Source: Thermoanaerobaculia bacterium | GTDB lineage: Bacteria; Acidobacteriota; Thermoanaerobaculia; Multivoradales; JAGPDF01 | Direction: 5' to 3' | DNA length: 64,000 nucleotides | NCBI GenBank assembly: GCA_046331385.1 | Contig: JAXLQW010000001.1 | Coordinates: 384,188 to 448,187 of the forward strand | Program-made: the position numbers and the translations under genes | The notes under the pieces: model-generated | Told to the model about the DNA's origin: nothing | The model's database searches: none | Seen by the model: the letters and a program-made list of their open reading frames with translations, nothing else | Shown here: piece after piece, positions 39,115-48,110 of the stretch | Position numbering within the stretch: position 1 is the first letter of the stretch | Layout: every line of letters begins with the position of its first letter

Positions 39115-39716
39115 GCGACACCGCCCGGCTGCCGCCGTCGTGGATCGCCGAGGTCCGCGCCCGGCTCGAGGACCCGCCGCCGAGGCGCCTGAGGCCGAGC
39201 GAGGCGCGCCAGGCCGCGGTGCTCGTGCCGCTCTACGTCGACGCCGGTCAGCTCTGGACGGTGCTGACCCAGAGGACCGAGACCCTGCCGCACCATCGCG
39301 GGCAGGTCGCCTTCGCCGGCGGCGGCAGCGAGGCCGGCGAGGATCCGTGGGCGGCGGCGCTGCGCGAGGCCGAGGAGGAGATCGGCCTGGCGGCGCGCAC
39401 CGTGCTGCGCCTCGGCGAGCTCGACGAGCTCGCGACGCCGTCGGGATTTCGCATCGTCCCCTGCGTCGGCGCCGTGCCGCATCCGCTCGCACTGCGTCCG
39501 AATCCCGACGAGATCGAGGAGGTGTTCACCGCGCCGCTCGCGGTGCTCGCCGATCCGAACCTGGTCGAGGATCGCGAGGTGAAGATCAACGGCCGCCGGC
39601 GCACGCTGCGCATTTACCACTACGGCCGGTGGCAGATCTGGGGGGCTACCGCGCGCATCCTGCAGGGCCTGCTGGCGCGACTCGGGATCGGCGATCCCGA
39701 CGCGCTCGGCGAGTAG
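39111..39716 (+). CDS. CoA pyrophosphatase, Nudix (NudL-like)
   Basis: AAVLVP, LTQR...HRGQVAFAGG, ALREAEEEIG, IWGATA. Confidence 0.9.
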   Translation: MSDTARLPPSWIAEVRARLEDPPPRRLRPSEARQAAVLVPLYVDAGQLWTVLTQRTETLPHHRGQVAFAGGGSEAGEDPWAAALREAEEEIGLAARTVLRLGELDELATPSGFRIVPCVGAVPHPLALRPNPDEIEEVFTAPLAVLADPNLVEDREVKINGRRRTLRIYHYGRWQIWGATARILQGLLARLGIGDPDALGE

Positions 39717-39723
39717 CCCGGTC

Positions 39724-40941
39724 TCAGCCGAGCCACGACGCCGCGATCGCCAGCAGCAGGGAGACCGCGGTCACCGGCAGGCCCACCGCGAGGTGCTCGC
39801 GAAAACCGAACGGCCGTCCGATCCGCGCCGCCTGCTCGGCGACGATCAGGTTGGCGACCGAGCCCACCAGCAGCGCGTTGCCGGCGAAGGTGGAAGCGAG
39901 CGCCAGGGTGTGGCCGACGTGCGGATCGGCGGGCAGGAAGCGCAGGAGCAGCATCACGGTCGGCACATTGCCCACCAGATTGCCGGCCAGCGCCGCGACC
40001 GGAACCAGCACCGCGCCCCGCGCCAGCTCGAGTCCCGCGGCCGCGAGCGCCCGGGCGCCCGCTGCGGTCCAGCCCGAGATCTCGAGCCCGCGGGTGACCG
40101 TGAACAGGCCGGCGAAGAGCGCCAGCAGCTGCCAATCCACCAGGGCGAGCATCGCGCGGGTGTGCATCTTGCGGCTGGTGAGCACGACGCCGGCCACCAG
40201 CGTCGCGGTCAGATAGGTCGGAATCGGGGTGAGGAACAGGCCGATCGCGCCGGCGGTGAGGATCACGGCCTTGGTCGCCTGCGGCCGGTGGAGCGGCGGG
40301 GCCTCGACCGGCGGCGGCGCGGCGAGCCCCTCCACTGCCGGTCGACGCAGGCGGCGCGCGAGGAAGAAATAGAGGAAGGCGAGCGAGAGCGCGACCGGCA
40401 GGGCGCAGAAGCCGACGAAGGGCAGGAAGGCGAGCTTCATCTGGGTGGCGATCAGGATGTTCTGCGGATTGCCGATCGGGGTCAGGGCGCTGCCGAGATT
40501 GGTGGCGCAAGCGATCGCCAGAAGGTACGGGAGCGGATCGCGCCTTCCTCGCAGCAGCGCGGTCCCGAGCAGCGGAGCCAGGGCGAAGCAGACCACGTCG
40601 TTCGTGAGCACCGCCGCCAGCCCCGCCGAGACGAGGACCGTGCCGGCCAGAAGCCGGCGCGGCGAGGTCGCCCGGGCGAGGCGACGGCCGATCGCGCCGT
40701 AGAGGCCGGAGAGCTCGTACTGCGCCGAGAGCAGCATCATGCCGAAGAGCACGACCAGCGTCGGCGCGTCGACCGCGTCTTTCGCCTGGTCGACGGAGAG
40801 CCTGCCGGTGGCGAGGAAGGCCATGGCGCCGAGGAGGGCGAATCCGGTCCGGTCGAGCGCCAGGCCCCGGATCCGACCCAGGGCGAGGAAGACATAGGTC
40901 GCCCCGAAGAGCGCCAGCGGAAGCGGATCGAGCGCGGCCAA
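39724..40941 (-). CDS. SLC13/ArsB-NhaD-type anion permease
   Basis: LALDRTGFALLG, LTNDVVC, ATNLGSALTPIGNPQNI, VGNVPTV, GSVANLIV; TTG start. Confidence 0.88.
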   Translation of the reverse strand: MAALDPLPLALFGATYVFLALGRIRGLALDRTGFALLGAMAFLATGRLSVDQAKDAVDAPTLVVLFGMMLLSAQYELSGLYGAIGRRLARATSPRRLLAGTVLVSAGLAAVLTNDVVCFALAPLLGTALLRGRRDPLPYLLAIACATNLGSALTPIGNPQNILIATQMKLAFLPFVGFCALPVALSLAFLYFFLARRLRRPAVEGLAAPPPVEAPPLHRPQATKAVILTAGAIGLFLTPIPTYLTATLVAGVVLTSRKMHTRAMLALVDWQLLALFAGLFTVTRGLEISGWTAAGARALAAAGLELARGAVLVPVAALAGNLVGNVPTVMLLLRFLPADPHVGHTLALASTFAGNALLVGSVANLIVAEQAARIGRPFGFREHLAVGLPVTAVSLLLAIAASWLG

Positions 40942-41030
40942 GTCCTTTGGAGTCTAGCGAATCGAGGTTCCCTCTCGGCCCGGTAGGGCGCCGGCCGTGG
41001 GCGGCCCGATGGTAGGCTGCCCCTCCCGTC

Positions 41031-42992
41031 ATGGCGCAGCCCGACAGTCAGAGCGGACTCTCCGCAACCATCACCGCCACGTCCTTCCATCACGCGCCGA
41101 TCATCCGCGGCCGCAAGGACCTGGTGCGTCTGGCGGTGGGCGCCCTCGGCGTGGTCTACGGCGACATCGGCACCTCGCCGCTCTACGCCATCCGCGAGTG
41201 CTTCCTGCGGCCGCACGGGGTGACCCCGACGCTCGCCAACGTCCTCGGCGTTCTGTCGCTCGTCTTCTGGTCGCTGACCGCGATCGTGGTGGTCAAGTAC
41301 ATGATCTTCGTGATGCGCGCCGACAATCACGGCGACGGCGGCATCCTCGCCCTGCTCGCCCTGGTCACCGAGCAGCGCAGCCATCCCAAGCGCGGCGAGG
41401 TCGGGCACAAGCGGCACGTGACCCTGATCGGCCTGGCGTTGGTCGGTGCCGCGCTGCTGCTCGCCGACGGCATGATCACGCCGGTGATCTCGGTGCTCTC
41501 GGCGCTCGAGGGGCTCGAGGTGGCGACCCCGGTCTTCCGTCCGGTGGTGGTGCCGATCGCGCTCGTCATCCTGGTGGCCCTGTTCTTCTTCCAGCGCCGC
41601 GGGACGGCCGGCGTCGGCGCGGTGTTCGGGCCGGCGATGCTCGTCTGGTTCGTAGTCATCGGCGCCCTCGGCTTCCCGCAGGTGGTGCAGCACCCCGAGG
41701 TGTTGGTGGCGCTGTCGCCGGCCTACGCCGTCCGCTTCTTCCTCGCCAACGGGCTGCACGGCTTCCTCATCCTCGGCAGCGTCGTGCTCTGCGTCACCGG
41801 GAGCGAGGCGCTGTACGCCGACATGGGTCACTTCGGGCGCCGCCCGATCCGCGTCGCCTGGTCGTGGATCGTCTTCCCGGCGCTGCTGCTGAACTACTTC
41901 GGCCAGGGGGCGCTGCTGCTCGAGCGCGGCGACCGCGTGGTCGAGAATCCCTTCTACGCCCTGGCGCCGTCGATGCTGCTCTACCCCATGGTGGCGCTCG
42001 CCACGATCGCGGCGATCATCGCCTCGCAGGCCCTGATCTCGGGCGCGTTCTCGCTCGCCCAGCAGGCGGTCCAGCTCGGCTACCTGCCGCGATTGACGAT
42101 CGTGCATACCTCGGAGGAGGCGAGCGGGCAGATCTACGTGCCGGAGATCAACCGCCTGCTGATGGTCGCTTGTGTCGCGCTGGTGATCGGATTCCGCGCC
42201 TCCTCGAATCTGGCGGCGGCCTACGGCATCGCGGTGATGGGGACGATGGTGATCACGTCGATCCTGATGTTCTCGGTCGAGCGCCGACGCTGGCATTGGT
42301 CGTGGGGAAGGGCGGCGCTGCTGACCGGCCTGTTCCTCGCGGTCGAAATGCCGTTCCTGGCGGCGAACTTCCCCAAGATCGCCCACGGTGGCTGGTTTCC
42401 GCTGATCGTCGGCATCCTGCTCTACACCGTGATGACCACCTGGAAGCGCGGGCGCAAGGCGCTCGCCGAGCAGCTCGAGCTGGGCGCCTATCCGATCGAG
42501 AAGTTCCTCGCCGAGCTGCCGCGTCGCAATCCGGTGCGGGTCGACGGCACGGCGGTGGTGATGACCTCGTCGCTCGCCCTGACGCCGCCGGTGCTGCTGC
42601 ACCACTTCAAGCACAACAAGGTGTTGCACCAGCAGGTGGTGCTGCTCACCATCGTCACCGAGGGCGTGCCCGAAGTCGGCAAGAGCGACCGGGTGAAAGT
42701 GCGCGACCTCGGCGAGGGCTTCTTCGAAGTCATCGCGCACTACGGCTTCATGCAGACCCCGACCGTGCCGGAGATCCTGCGGCGCTGCGAGGCGTGGGGC
42801 CTGCACATCACCCCGGGGACGGTCTCCTACTTCCTCGGCCGCGAGACCATCCTGCCGACCGGCAAGTCGCGCCTGTCGCGCTGGCGCAAGAGCCTGTTCA
42901 TCTACCTGGCGCGCAACGCCCGTCCGGCAACGGCTTTCTTCCGCCTGCCGCCCAACCGGGTCATCGAGCTCGGCTCGCAAGTGGAGCTGTAG
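41031..42992 (+). CDS. kup: KUP/HAK/KT potassium uptake protein
   Basis: GVVYGDIGTSPLYA, GEGG-like GDGGILAL, GSEALYADMGHFG, NYFGQGA, YGFMQTP. Confidence 0.96.
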   Translation: MAQPDSQSGLSATITATSFHHAPIIRGRKDLVRLAVGALGVVYGDIGTSPLYAIRECFLRPHGVTPTLANVLGVLSLVFWSLTAIVVVKYMIFVMRADNHGDGGILALLALVTEQRSHPKRGEVGHKRHVTLIGLALVGAALLLADGMITPVISVLSALEGLEVATPVFRPVVVPIALVILVALFFFQRRGTAGVGAVFGPAMLVWFVVIGALGFPQVVQHPEVLVALSPAYAVRFFLANGLHGFLILGSVVLCVTGSEALYADMGHFGRRPIRVAWSWIVFPALLLNYFGQGALLLERGDRVVENPFYALAPSMLLYPMVALATIAAIIASQALISGAFSLAQQAVQLGYLPRLTIVHTSEEASGQIYVPEINRLLMVACVALVIGFRASSNLAAAYGIAVMGTMVITSILMFSVERRRWHWSWGRAALLTGLFLAVEMPFLAANFPKIAHGGWFPLIVGILLYTVMTTWKRGRKALAEQLELGAYPIEKFLAELPRRNPVRVDGTAVVMTSSLALTPPVLLHHFKHNKVLHQQVVLLTIVTEGVPEVGKSDRVKVRDLGEGFFEVIAHYGFMQTPTVPEILRRCEAWGLHITPGTVSYFLGRETILPTGKSRLSRWRKSLFIYLARNARPATAFFRLPPNRVIELGSQVEL

Positions 42993-43055
42993 CTCCGAGC
43001 CTCGGGCCCGCGCCGCCGGTCCGTCCGCGCGCCGCGGCGCCGCGTAGGGTCGATC

Positions 43056-44558
43056 GTGACCTTGCCCGGGCCCTCGATTCCCGCCGACCGGCTCACCGTG
43101 CGCCGCGACCTCGCGCCGGCGGCGGGGGAGTGCGTCCTCTACTGGATGACCTCGGCGCGGCGGCTGGAGTGGAACTACGCTCTCGATCGGGCGCTCGACT
43201 GGGCGCGAGCGCTCGACCGACCGCTCGTGGTGCTCGAGGCGCTGCGCTGCGACTACCCCTGGGCGAGCGCCCGCCTGCACCGCTTCGTCCTCGACGGCAT
43301 GGCGGAGAACGCCGCGCGGGCGGCGGCGAGCGGCATCGCCTACCACCCTTACGTCGAGCCCGCGCGCGGCGCCGGAGGCGGGCTGCTGGCGGCGCTGGCG
43401 GAGCGCGCCGCGGTGGTCGTCGGCGACGACTTCCCGGCCTTCTTCCTGCCGCGCATGACGGCGCGCGCCGCGGCGATCGTCCCCTGCCGCTTCGAGACCG
43501 TCGACGCGAACGGGCTGCTGCCGCTCGCCTCCTCGACCGCCGCGTACCCGACGGCCTACGCGTTCCGCCGCTTCCTGCAGGCAAACCTCAAGCGCCATCT
43601 GGCGGCGCTTCCCGAGCCGGCGCCGCTCGCGGCGGCGGACCTGCCGCGCGGCGGACGGGTCCCGGAGGCGATCCAGCGTCGCTGGCCCGCCGCGAGCCCG
43701 TCCCTGCTCGCGGGCGACGCCGCGGAGCTCGCGGCCTTGCCGATCGATCGCTCGGTCGCGCCGGTCGCCGACCGCCGCGGCGGCGCGGTCGCGGCGCGGG
43801 AGCGGCTCGAGAGCTTCGTCTCCGCCGGCCTCGCGCGCTACGCCGAGGAGCGCAATCACCCGGACGCCGACGCCGGCAGCGGGCTCTCGCCGTACCTGCA
43901 TTTCGGGCACCTGTCGACGCACGCAGTGCTGGCGCGGCTGGCGCGCGAGTTCCACTGGTCGGTCGAGGATCTGCCCGAGCGCGGCGTCGGCGCGCGCCAG
44001 GGCTGGTGGCGGATGCCGCCCGCGGCCGAGTCCTTCCTCGACGAGCTGGTGACCTGGCGCGAGCTCGGGTACCACTTCTGCGCCCGGCGGCCGGACGATC
44101 ACGACGCCTACGAGTCGCTCCCGGCCTGGGCGCGGGCGACGCTCGAGAAGCACGCCGGCGATCCTCGTCGCTCTACCTATGATCTCGCCGAGCTCGAGGG
44201 CGCCGCCACGCACGATCCGCTTTGGAACGCGGCGCAGCGCGAGCTCGTCACCACCGGCCGGCTGCACTCCTATCTGCGGATGCTCTGGGGCAAGAAGATC
44301 CTCGAGTGGTCGAGCGATCCGCGCTCGGCGCTGGCGACCATGTTCCACCTCAACGACAAGTACGCCCTCGACGGCCGGGACCCCAACTCGACGAGCGGCA
44401 TCCTCTGGTGCCTCGGTCGGTTCGACCGTCCGTGGGCGCCGGAACGGGCGATCTTCGGCGTGGTGCGTTACTTGTCGAGCGACAACACGGCGCGCAAGCT
44501 GAGGCTGAAGGAGTACCTGAAGAGGCACGCCCCAGGCGCCGAAGGCGCAACCTCCTAG
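43056..44558 (+). CDS. phr: Deoxyribodipyrimidine photolyase, class II-type
   Basis: YWMTSARR...NYAL, SGLSPYLHFG, ELVTWREL, YLRMLWGKKILEW, NDKYALDGRDPNS. Confidence 0.9.
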   Translation: MTLPGPSIPADRLTVRRDLAPAAGECVLYWMTSARRLEWNYALDRALDWARALDRPLVVLEALRCDYPWASARLHRFVLDGMAENAARAAASGIAYHPYVEPARGAGGGLLAALAERAAVVVGDDFPAFFLPRMTARAAAIVPCRFETVDANGLLPLASSTAAYPTAYAFRRFLQANLKRHLAALPEPAPLAAADLPRGGRVPEAIQRRWPAASPSLLAGDAAELAALPIDRSVAPVADRRGGAVAARERLESFVSAGLARYAEERNHPDADAGSGLSPYLHFGHLSTHAVLARLAREFHWSVEDLPERGVGARQGWWRMPPAAESFLDELVTWRELGYHFCARRPDDHDAYESLPAWARATLEKHAGDPRRSTYDLAELEGAATHDPLWNAAQRELVTTGRLHSYLRMLWGKKILEWSSDPRSALATMFHLNDKYALDGRDPNSTSGILWCLGRFDRPWAPERAIFGVVRYLSSDNTARKLRLKEYLKRHAPGAEGATS

Positions 44559-44781
44559 GTGGGTGGGCTTGCGCTCCGCCCTCGTGAACTGGCTGGCTCG
44601 ACGGCGCGGGGCAAGAACGGCAAGCGTCCTTCTCCCCCAGGTGATCTTTTCTTCGCAGGATGGCGAAGGATCGGACTCCTCGGACACCAGCTCTCGCCTA
44701 GGAGTGCGGGCTGGCGCACCGCCCTCGTGAACTCGTGGCTGGCTCGACGGCGCGAGGCAAGAACGGCAAGCGTCCTTTTCC

Positions 44782-45723
44782 CTAGGTGTTAGTGCTCAAG
44801 AGGTTGTTGACTCGCGAGCAGGGTGGTTTTCTGCCGAGAGCGGTGTGAGGTCGGTGGAAATTGTAGCGGTGGAGGAAGGCTGGGAGTGCTTCTCGGCGTT
44901 GGCGAGAGGAGCAGTAGGGTCGAGCGTAGGCCCATTCCCGGAGGGCGGTCTGGATGAGCCTCTCGGCTTTGCCGTTGGTTCTTGGGGTGTAGGGCCGGGT
45001 GCGTAGGTGGCGGAGTTTGTAGCGCGTGCAGGCGCGTTGCATCTTCTTCGAGCGATAGCCGGTACCGTTGTCGGTGAGGATGCGCTGAGCCTCGATGCCG
45101 TGCTGTCGATACCAAGCGACCGCCCGGCGCAGGAAGCCCGCCACAGTGGCTCCCGTTTCGTCGGGCAAGACTTCCATGTAGGACAAACGACTGAAGTCGT
45201 CGATGGCGACATGAGCGTACTCCCAGCCGGCGCCGCGTTTTCGCCGACTCTGGTCGCCGTGGATGCGATGACCGATTCCGTCGATCCGGCCGAGCTTCTT
45301 GATGTCGAGGTGAATCAGCTCGCCGGGAGCCTGGCGCTCGTAGCGAATCACCGGGGGCTTCGGCTCGAGATCCCGAGCTCGCGACAGTTTGTGCCGCCGC
45401 AGGATTCGCCCCAAGGTGGAGCGTGGAATGCCGGTGAGCTCGGCCAGGGCTTGGGCGTTCAGCCGGTGTTGCCGGCGCAGGTGGATGGCCAGCTCCTCCC
45501 GGCTCAGGGAAAGCTTCCTAGGCGAGCGATGAGGCCGCGACGAGCGATCGAGCAACCCGCCCTCTCCTTCGTCGAGGAAGCGGCCAATCCACTTTCGCGC
45601 GGTCTGGCGGCTGACCCCCGCCGCGCGCGAAGCCTGGCCCATGGGCCAGGCTTCCTGCAAAACACGACGACAAAGCAAGGCTCGACTTTCCGGGCAAGTC
45701 TTTGCTCTTCTATGGATGTTCAT
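44782..45723 (-). CDS. IS481-family DDE transposase
   Basis: MNIHRRAKT, PGELIHLDIKKLG, AIDDFSR, LTDNG, NGKAER; GGAGG RBS; stop TAG lies in the target duplication. Confidence 0.95.
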   Translation of the reverse strand: MNIHRRAKTCPESRALLCRRVLQEAWPMGQASRAAGVSRQTARKWIGRFLDEGEGGLLDRSSRPHRSPRKLSLSREELAIHLRRQHRLNAQALAELTGIPRSTLGRILRRHKLSRARDLEPKPPVIRYERQAPGELIHLDIKKLGRIDGIGHRIHGDQSRRKRGAGWEYAHVAIDDFSRLSYMEVLPDETGATVAGFLRRAVAWYRQHGIEAQRILTDNGTGYRSKKMQRACTRYKLRHLRTRPYTPRTNGKAERLIQTALREWAYARPYCSSRQRREALPAFLHRYNFHRPHTALGRKPPCSRVNNLLSTNT

Positions 45724-45808
45724 CCGGGCTGCCTCCGTGGTTTGCCAGCTCTTCGACAAAGCCAGCCTGCCACAGCAGTCCGGGTGAACAACCTATTGAG
45801 CAGTCACA
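44787..45808 (-). mobile_element. IS481-family insertion sequence (1022 bp) with 6-bp CCTAGG target duplication
   Basis: Imperfect 25-bp TIRs TGTTAGTGCTCAAGAGGTTGTTGAC / TGTGACTGCTCAATAGGTTGTTCAC (21 of 25 identical); CCTAGG at 44781-44786 and 45809-45814; visibly lower GC than flanks. Confidence 0.95.
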
Positions 45809-46074
45809 CCTAGGTGAGCTTTTCTTCGCAGGATGGCGGCACCTCGAACGACGCCGACACCAGCTCTCGCCTAGGAGTGCGGGCTGGCGCACCGCCCTCG
45901 TGAACTGGCGACCGGTCGGCTTGGCGAGGCTGGAACTGCGAGGTGTCTTTTCTTCCCAGTCGAGCTTTTCCTCTCTGCGTGAACGCGCAATCGGCTCGGT
46001 CCCGCGAAGCTGGAGATTCCGGCGTCTTTTCCTTTTGACCGGGCCTTTGTTTCTTTCCTTCTTCTTCCTCTTGC

Positions 46075-46091
46075 TGAGAACCAGTTATCAT
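46075..46091 (+). promoter_or_regulatory. Candidate Fur/Zur-type operator overlapping a -10 element
   Basis: Imperfect palindrome TGAGAAC-CA-GTTATCA overlapping TATCAT (46086-46091), 6 nt before ATG 46098. Confidence 0.4.
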
Positions 46092-46097
46092 TAGAAC

Positions 46098-46814
46098 ATG
46101 GAGGCTGGGGAGGTGTCGGCGGGGGTGCTGGTCGAGTTGCGCGGCGTGTCGGTGGGGCACGGCGACGATGTCGCGCTTTCCGGCGTCGATCTCTCGGTCG
46201 CGGCCGGCGACCGCCTGGCGATCCTCGGTCCCAACGGCGGCGGCAAGAGCACCCTGGTGCGCGCCGTTCTCGGGTTGGTCCGGCCAGGCTCGGGGTCGGT
46301 GGTCTGGTCGCGGCCGCGGCGCGCTCTCCGGCTGGGCTACGTGCCGCAGTTCCCGGCCTTCGACCGCTCCTTTCCGATCCGGGTGCGCGACCTGATCGCC
46401 CACGGTCGCCTGCGCCACGGTTCCGGCGACCGGCGCGGCGGCGGTGGCGCCGAGGAGGCGGTGATCGCTCTCTGGCTCGAGCGGCTCGACCTCGGCGCGC
46501 TCGGCGACGCCTACCTGACGGAGCTCTCGGGGGGAGAGCTCAAGCGGGCGCTGATCGCTCGCGCGCTGGTGGGGGAGCCGGAGTTGTTGGTGCTCGACGA
46601 GGCGACCGCTTCGCTCGACGAATCCTCGCGGCGCGCGTTCTGGCGTCTGCTCGGAGAGCTGCCGGCGTCGACCGCCATCCTGCTCGCCACCCACGATCTC
46701 GCGCCCGGAACCTTCGCGCCCACCCGTGCCCTGCTCGTCGACCGCACGGTGGCGGACCTGCCGCTCGACGGGCTCCACACCCATCCCCTGCTCTGCGGGC
46801 ACGGACATGACTGA
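46098..46814 (+). CDS. Metal (Zn/Mn) ABC transporter ATP-binding protein (ZnuC-like)
   Basis: GPNGGGKST, GYVPQ, LSGGE, LVLDEAT, THDL, C-terminal CGHGHD. Confidence 0.9.
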   Translation: MEAGEVSAGVLVELRGVSVGHGDDVALSGVDLSVAAGDRLAILGPNGGGKSTLVRAVLGLVRPGSGSVVWSRPRRALRLGYVPQFPAFDRSFPIRVRDLIAHGRLRHGSGDRRGGGGAEEAVIALWLERLDLGALGDAYLTELSGGELKRALIARALVGEPELLVLDEATASLDESSRRAFWRLLGELPASTAILLATHDLAPGTFAPTRALLVDRTVADLPLDGLHTHPLLCGHGHD

Positions 46815-47619
46815 TCCGGGCGCCACTTTCATCGCCGGCCTGCCGCTCGCGACCGTGGTGGCCGCGGCGCTCGCGAGCCTGCTCTGTGGGCTCGTGGGCA
46901 CGTTCGTCGTCTTGCGCCGGTTGGTGGCGCTCGGCGGCGGCGTGGCGCACGCCTCCTTCGGCGGGATCGGCGTCGCGGTCGTCCTCGGCCTCGATCCGCG
47001 CCTGGGAGCGGCGGCGGTCGCCACCGGCGCGGCGCTGGTCCTGGCGGCGATGCCGCGCGAGCGCAGCGACCGGCGCGACGCGGTGATCGGCGTGCTCTGG
47101 TCGGTGGGCATGGCGGTCGGCATTCTCCTGCTCTCGCGCCGCGGCTCGGGCGAGGTCGACGTCGAGAGCTACCTGTTCGGCGACATCGAGCGCGTGCGGG
47201 CTTCCGATCTGGTCCTGCTCGCGGCGTTGGCGGCGCTGGTGTCGCTGGCGCATGTCGCGCGCGGGCGCGAGCTCGTGGCGACGGCGTTCGACCCCGAGCA
47301 GGCGCAGCTCCAGGGCCTGCCGGTGCGGGCGCTCGACACGCTACAGCTCCTCCTGGCGACCCTGTCGGTGGTGGCGCTGCTCGAGCTGGCGGGCGTCGTC
47401 CTGGCGATCGCGCTGCTCGCCATCCCGCCGCTCGTCGCCCTGCGTCTCTTCCGCAGCCTGTCGGCGATCATCGGCGGCGCGATCGCGCTGGCGTTCGTCA
47501 TTCTGCTCGCCGGACTCGAGCTCGGAGTTCGTCTCGCCTGGCCGGCCGGGCCGGCGGTGGTGAGCGTGGGGGCGCTGGCGCTCGGCGTCGCCCACCTGGT
47601 ACCGAGGCGCGGACGCTGA
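46807..47619 (+). CDS. Metal ABC transporter permease (ZnuB-like)
   Basis: GLVGTFVVLRR, AHASFGGIG, SYLFGDI, FDPEQA. Confidence 0.9.
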   Translation: MTDPGATFIAGLPLATVVAAALASLLCGLVGTFVVLRRLVALGGGVAHASFGGIGVAVVLGLDPRLGAAAVATGAALVLAAMPRERSDRRDAVIGVLWSVGMAVGILLLSRRGSGEVDVESYLFGDIERVRASDLVLLAALAALVSLAHVARGRELVATAFDPEQAQLQGLPVRALDTLQLLLATLSVVALLELAGVVLAIALLAIPPLVALRLFRSLSAIIGGAIALAFVILLAGLELGVRLAWPAGPAVVSVGALALGVAHLVPRRGR

Positions 47620-47647
47620 AGCGGCGCCCCTACCGGGCGCGACCGGG

Positions 47648-48022
47648 TCAGCCGCGCGCGCAGTCGGCGCAGCGGCCGTGGAGAGTGATGTCGTGCGATT
47701 CGAGCCGGAAGCCGCGCGGCGTCAGCCGGGTCAGGTCCGGCGGGCATGAGGCGACTTCGAAGACCCGATCGCAGACCCGACAGCGAAAGTGATGATGATG
47801 GTGCTTGCCGGCGATCTCGTAGCGCGACGGCTCGCCGGGCAACGCCACCTCGGCCAGCCATCCCTCGCCGACGAGAGCTTTGAGATTGCGATAAATCGTC
47901 GCAAGCCCTAGGCTCGGAACCCGACGTTGCGCTGAGCCGAGCACCTCGCTCGGCGACAGCGGGCGGTCGGCGCGCTCGAAAGCGTCGCGGATCGCTTGTC
48001 GCTGGACGGTGCGCCGCGTCAT
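47648..48022 (-). CDS. Fur family transcriptional regulator, probably Zur-like
   Basis: TVQRQAI, LGLATIYRNL, HHHHFRCRVC, terminal GRCADC; next to metal ABC genes. Confidence 0.9.
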   Translation of the reverse strand: MTRRTVQRQAIRDAFERADRPLSPSEVLGSAQRRVPSLGLATIYRNLKALVGEGWLAEVALPGEPSRYEIAGKHHHHHFRCRVCDRVFEVASCPPDLTRLTPRGFRLESHDITLHGRCADCARG

Positions 48023-48110
48023 GGCGAAATTCTAGCGCTGCTCGCGGGGCCGCTTCCGATTCCGGACAGAGGCGGGAGCCGCGGTTCGGCGGCGAGGGAG
48101 AGGAGCGAGG

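Larger units (their letters stand above)
44553..46075. repeat. Modular repeat array, locus 2 (3 units, ~143-145 bp), interrupted by IS481
   Basis: GCCCTCGTGAACT at 44578, 44721, 45894; GACACCAGCTCTCGCCTAGG at 44683, 45856; GGTGAKCTTTTCTTCGCAGG at 44640, 45813; terminal pyrimidine tract ~46020-46075. Confidence 0.88.

Noticed and set aside
40957-41030. Possible c-di-AMP riboswitch upstream of kup
   Set aside because: The intergenic region is too short and lacks the ydaO-type motifs
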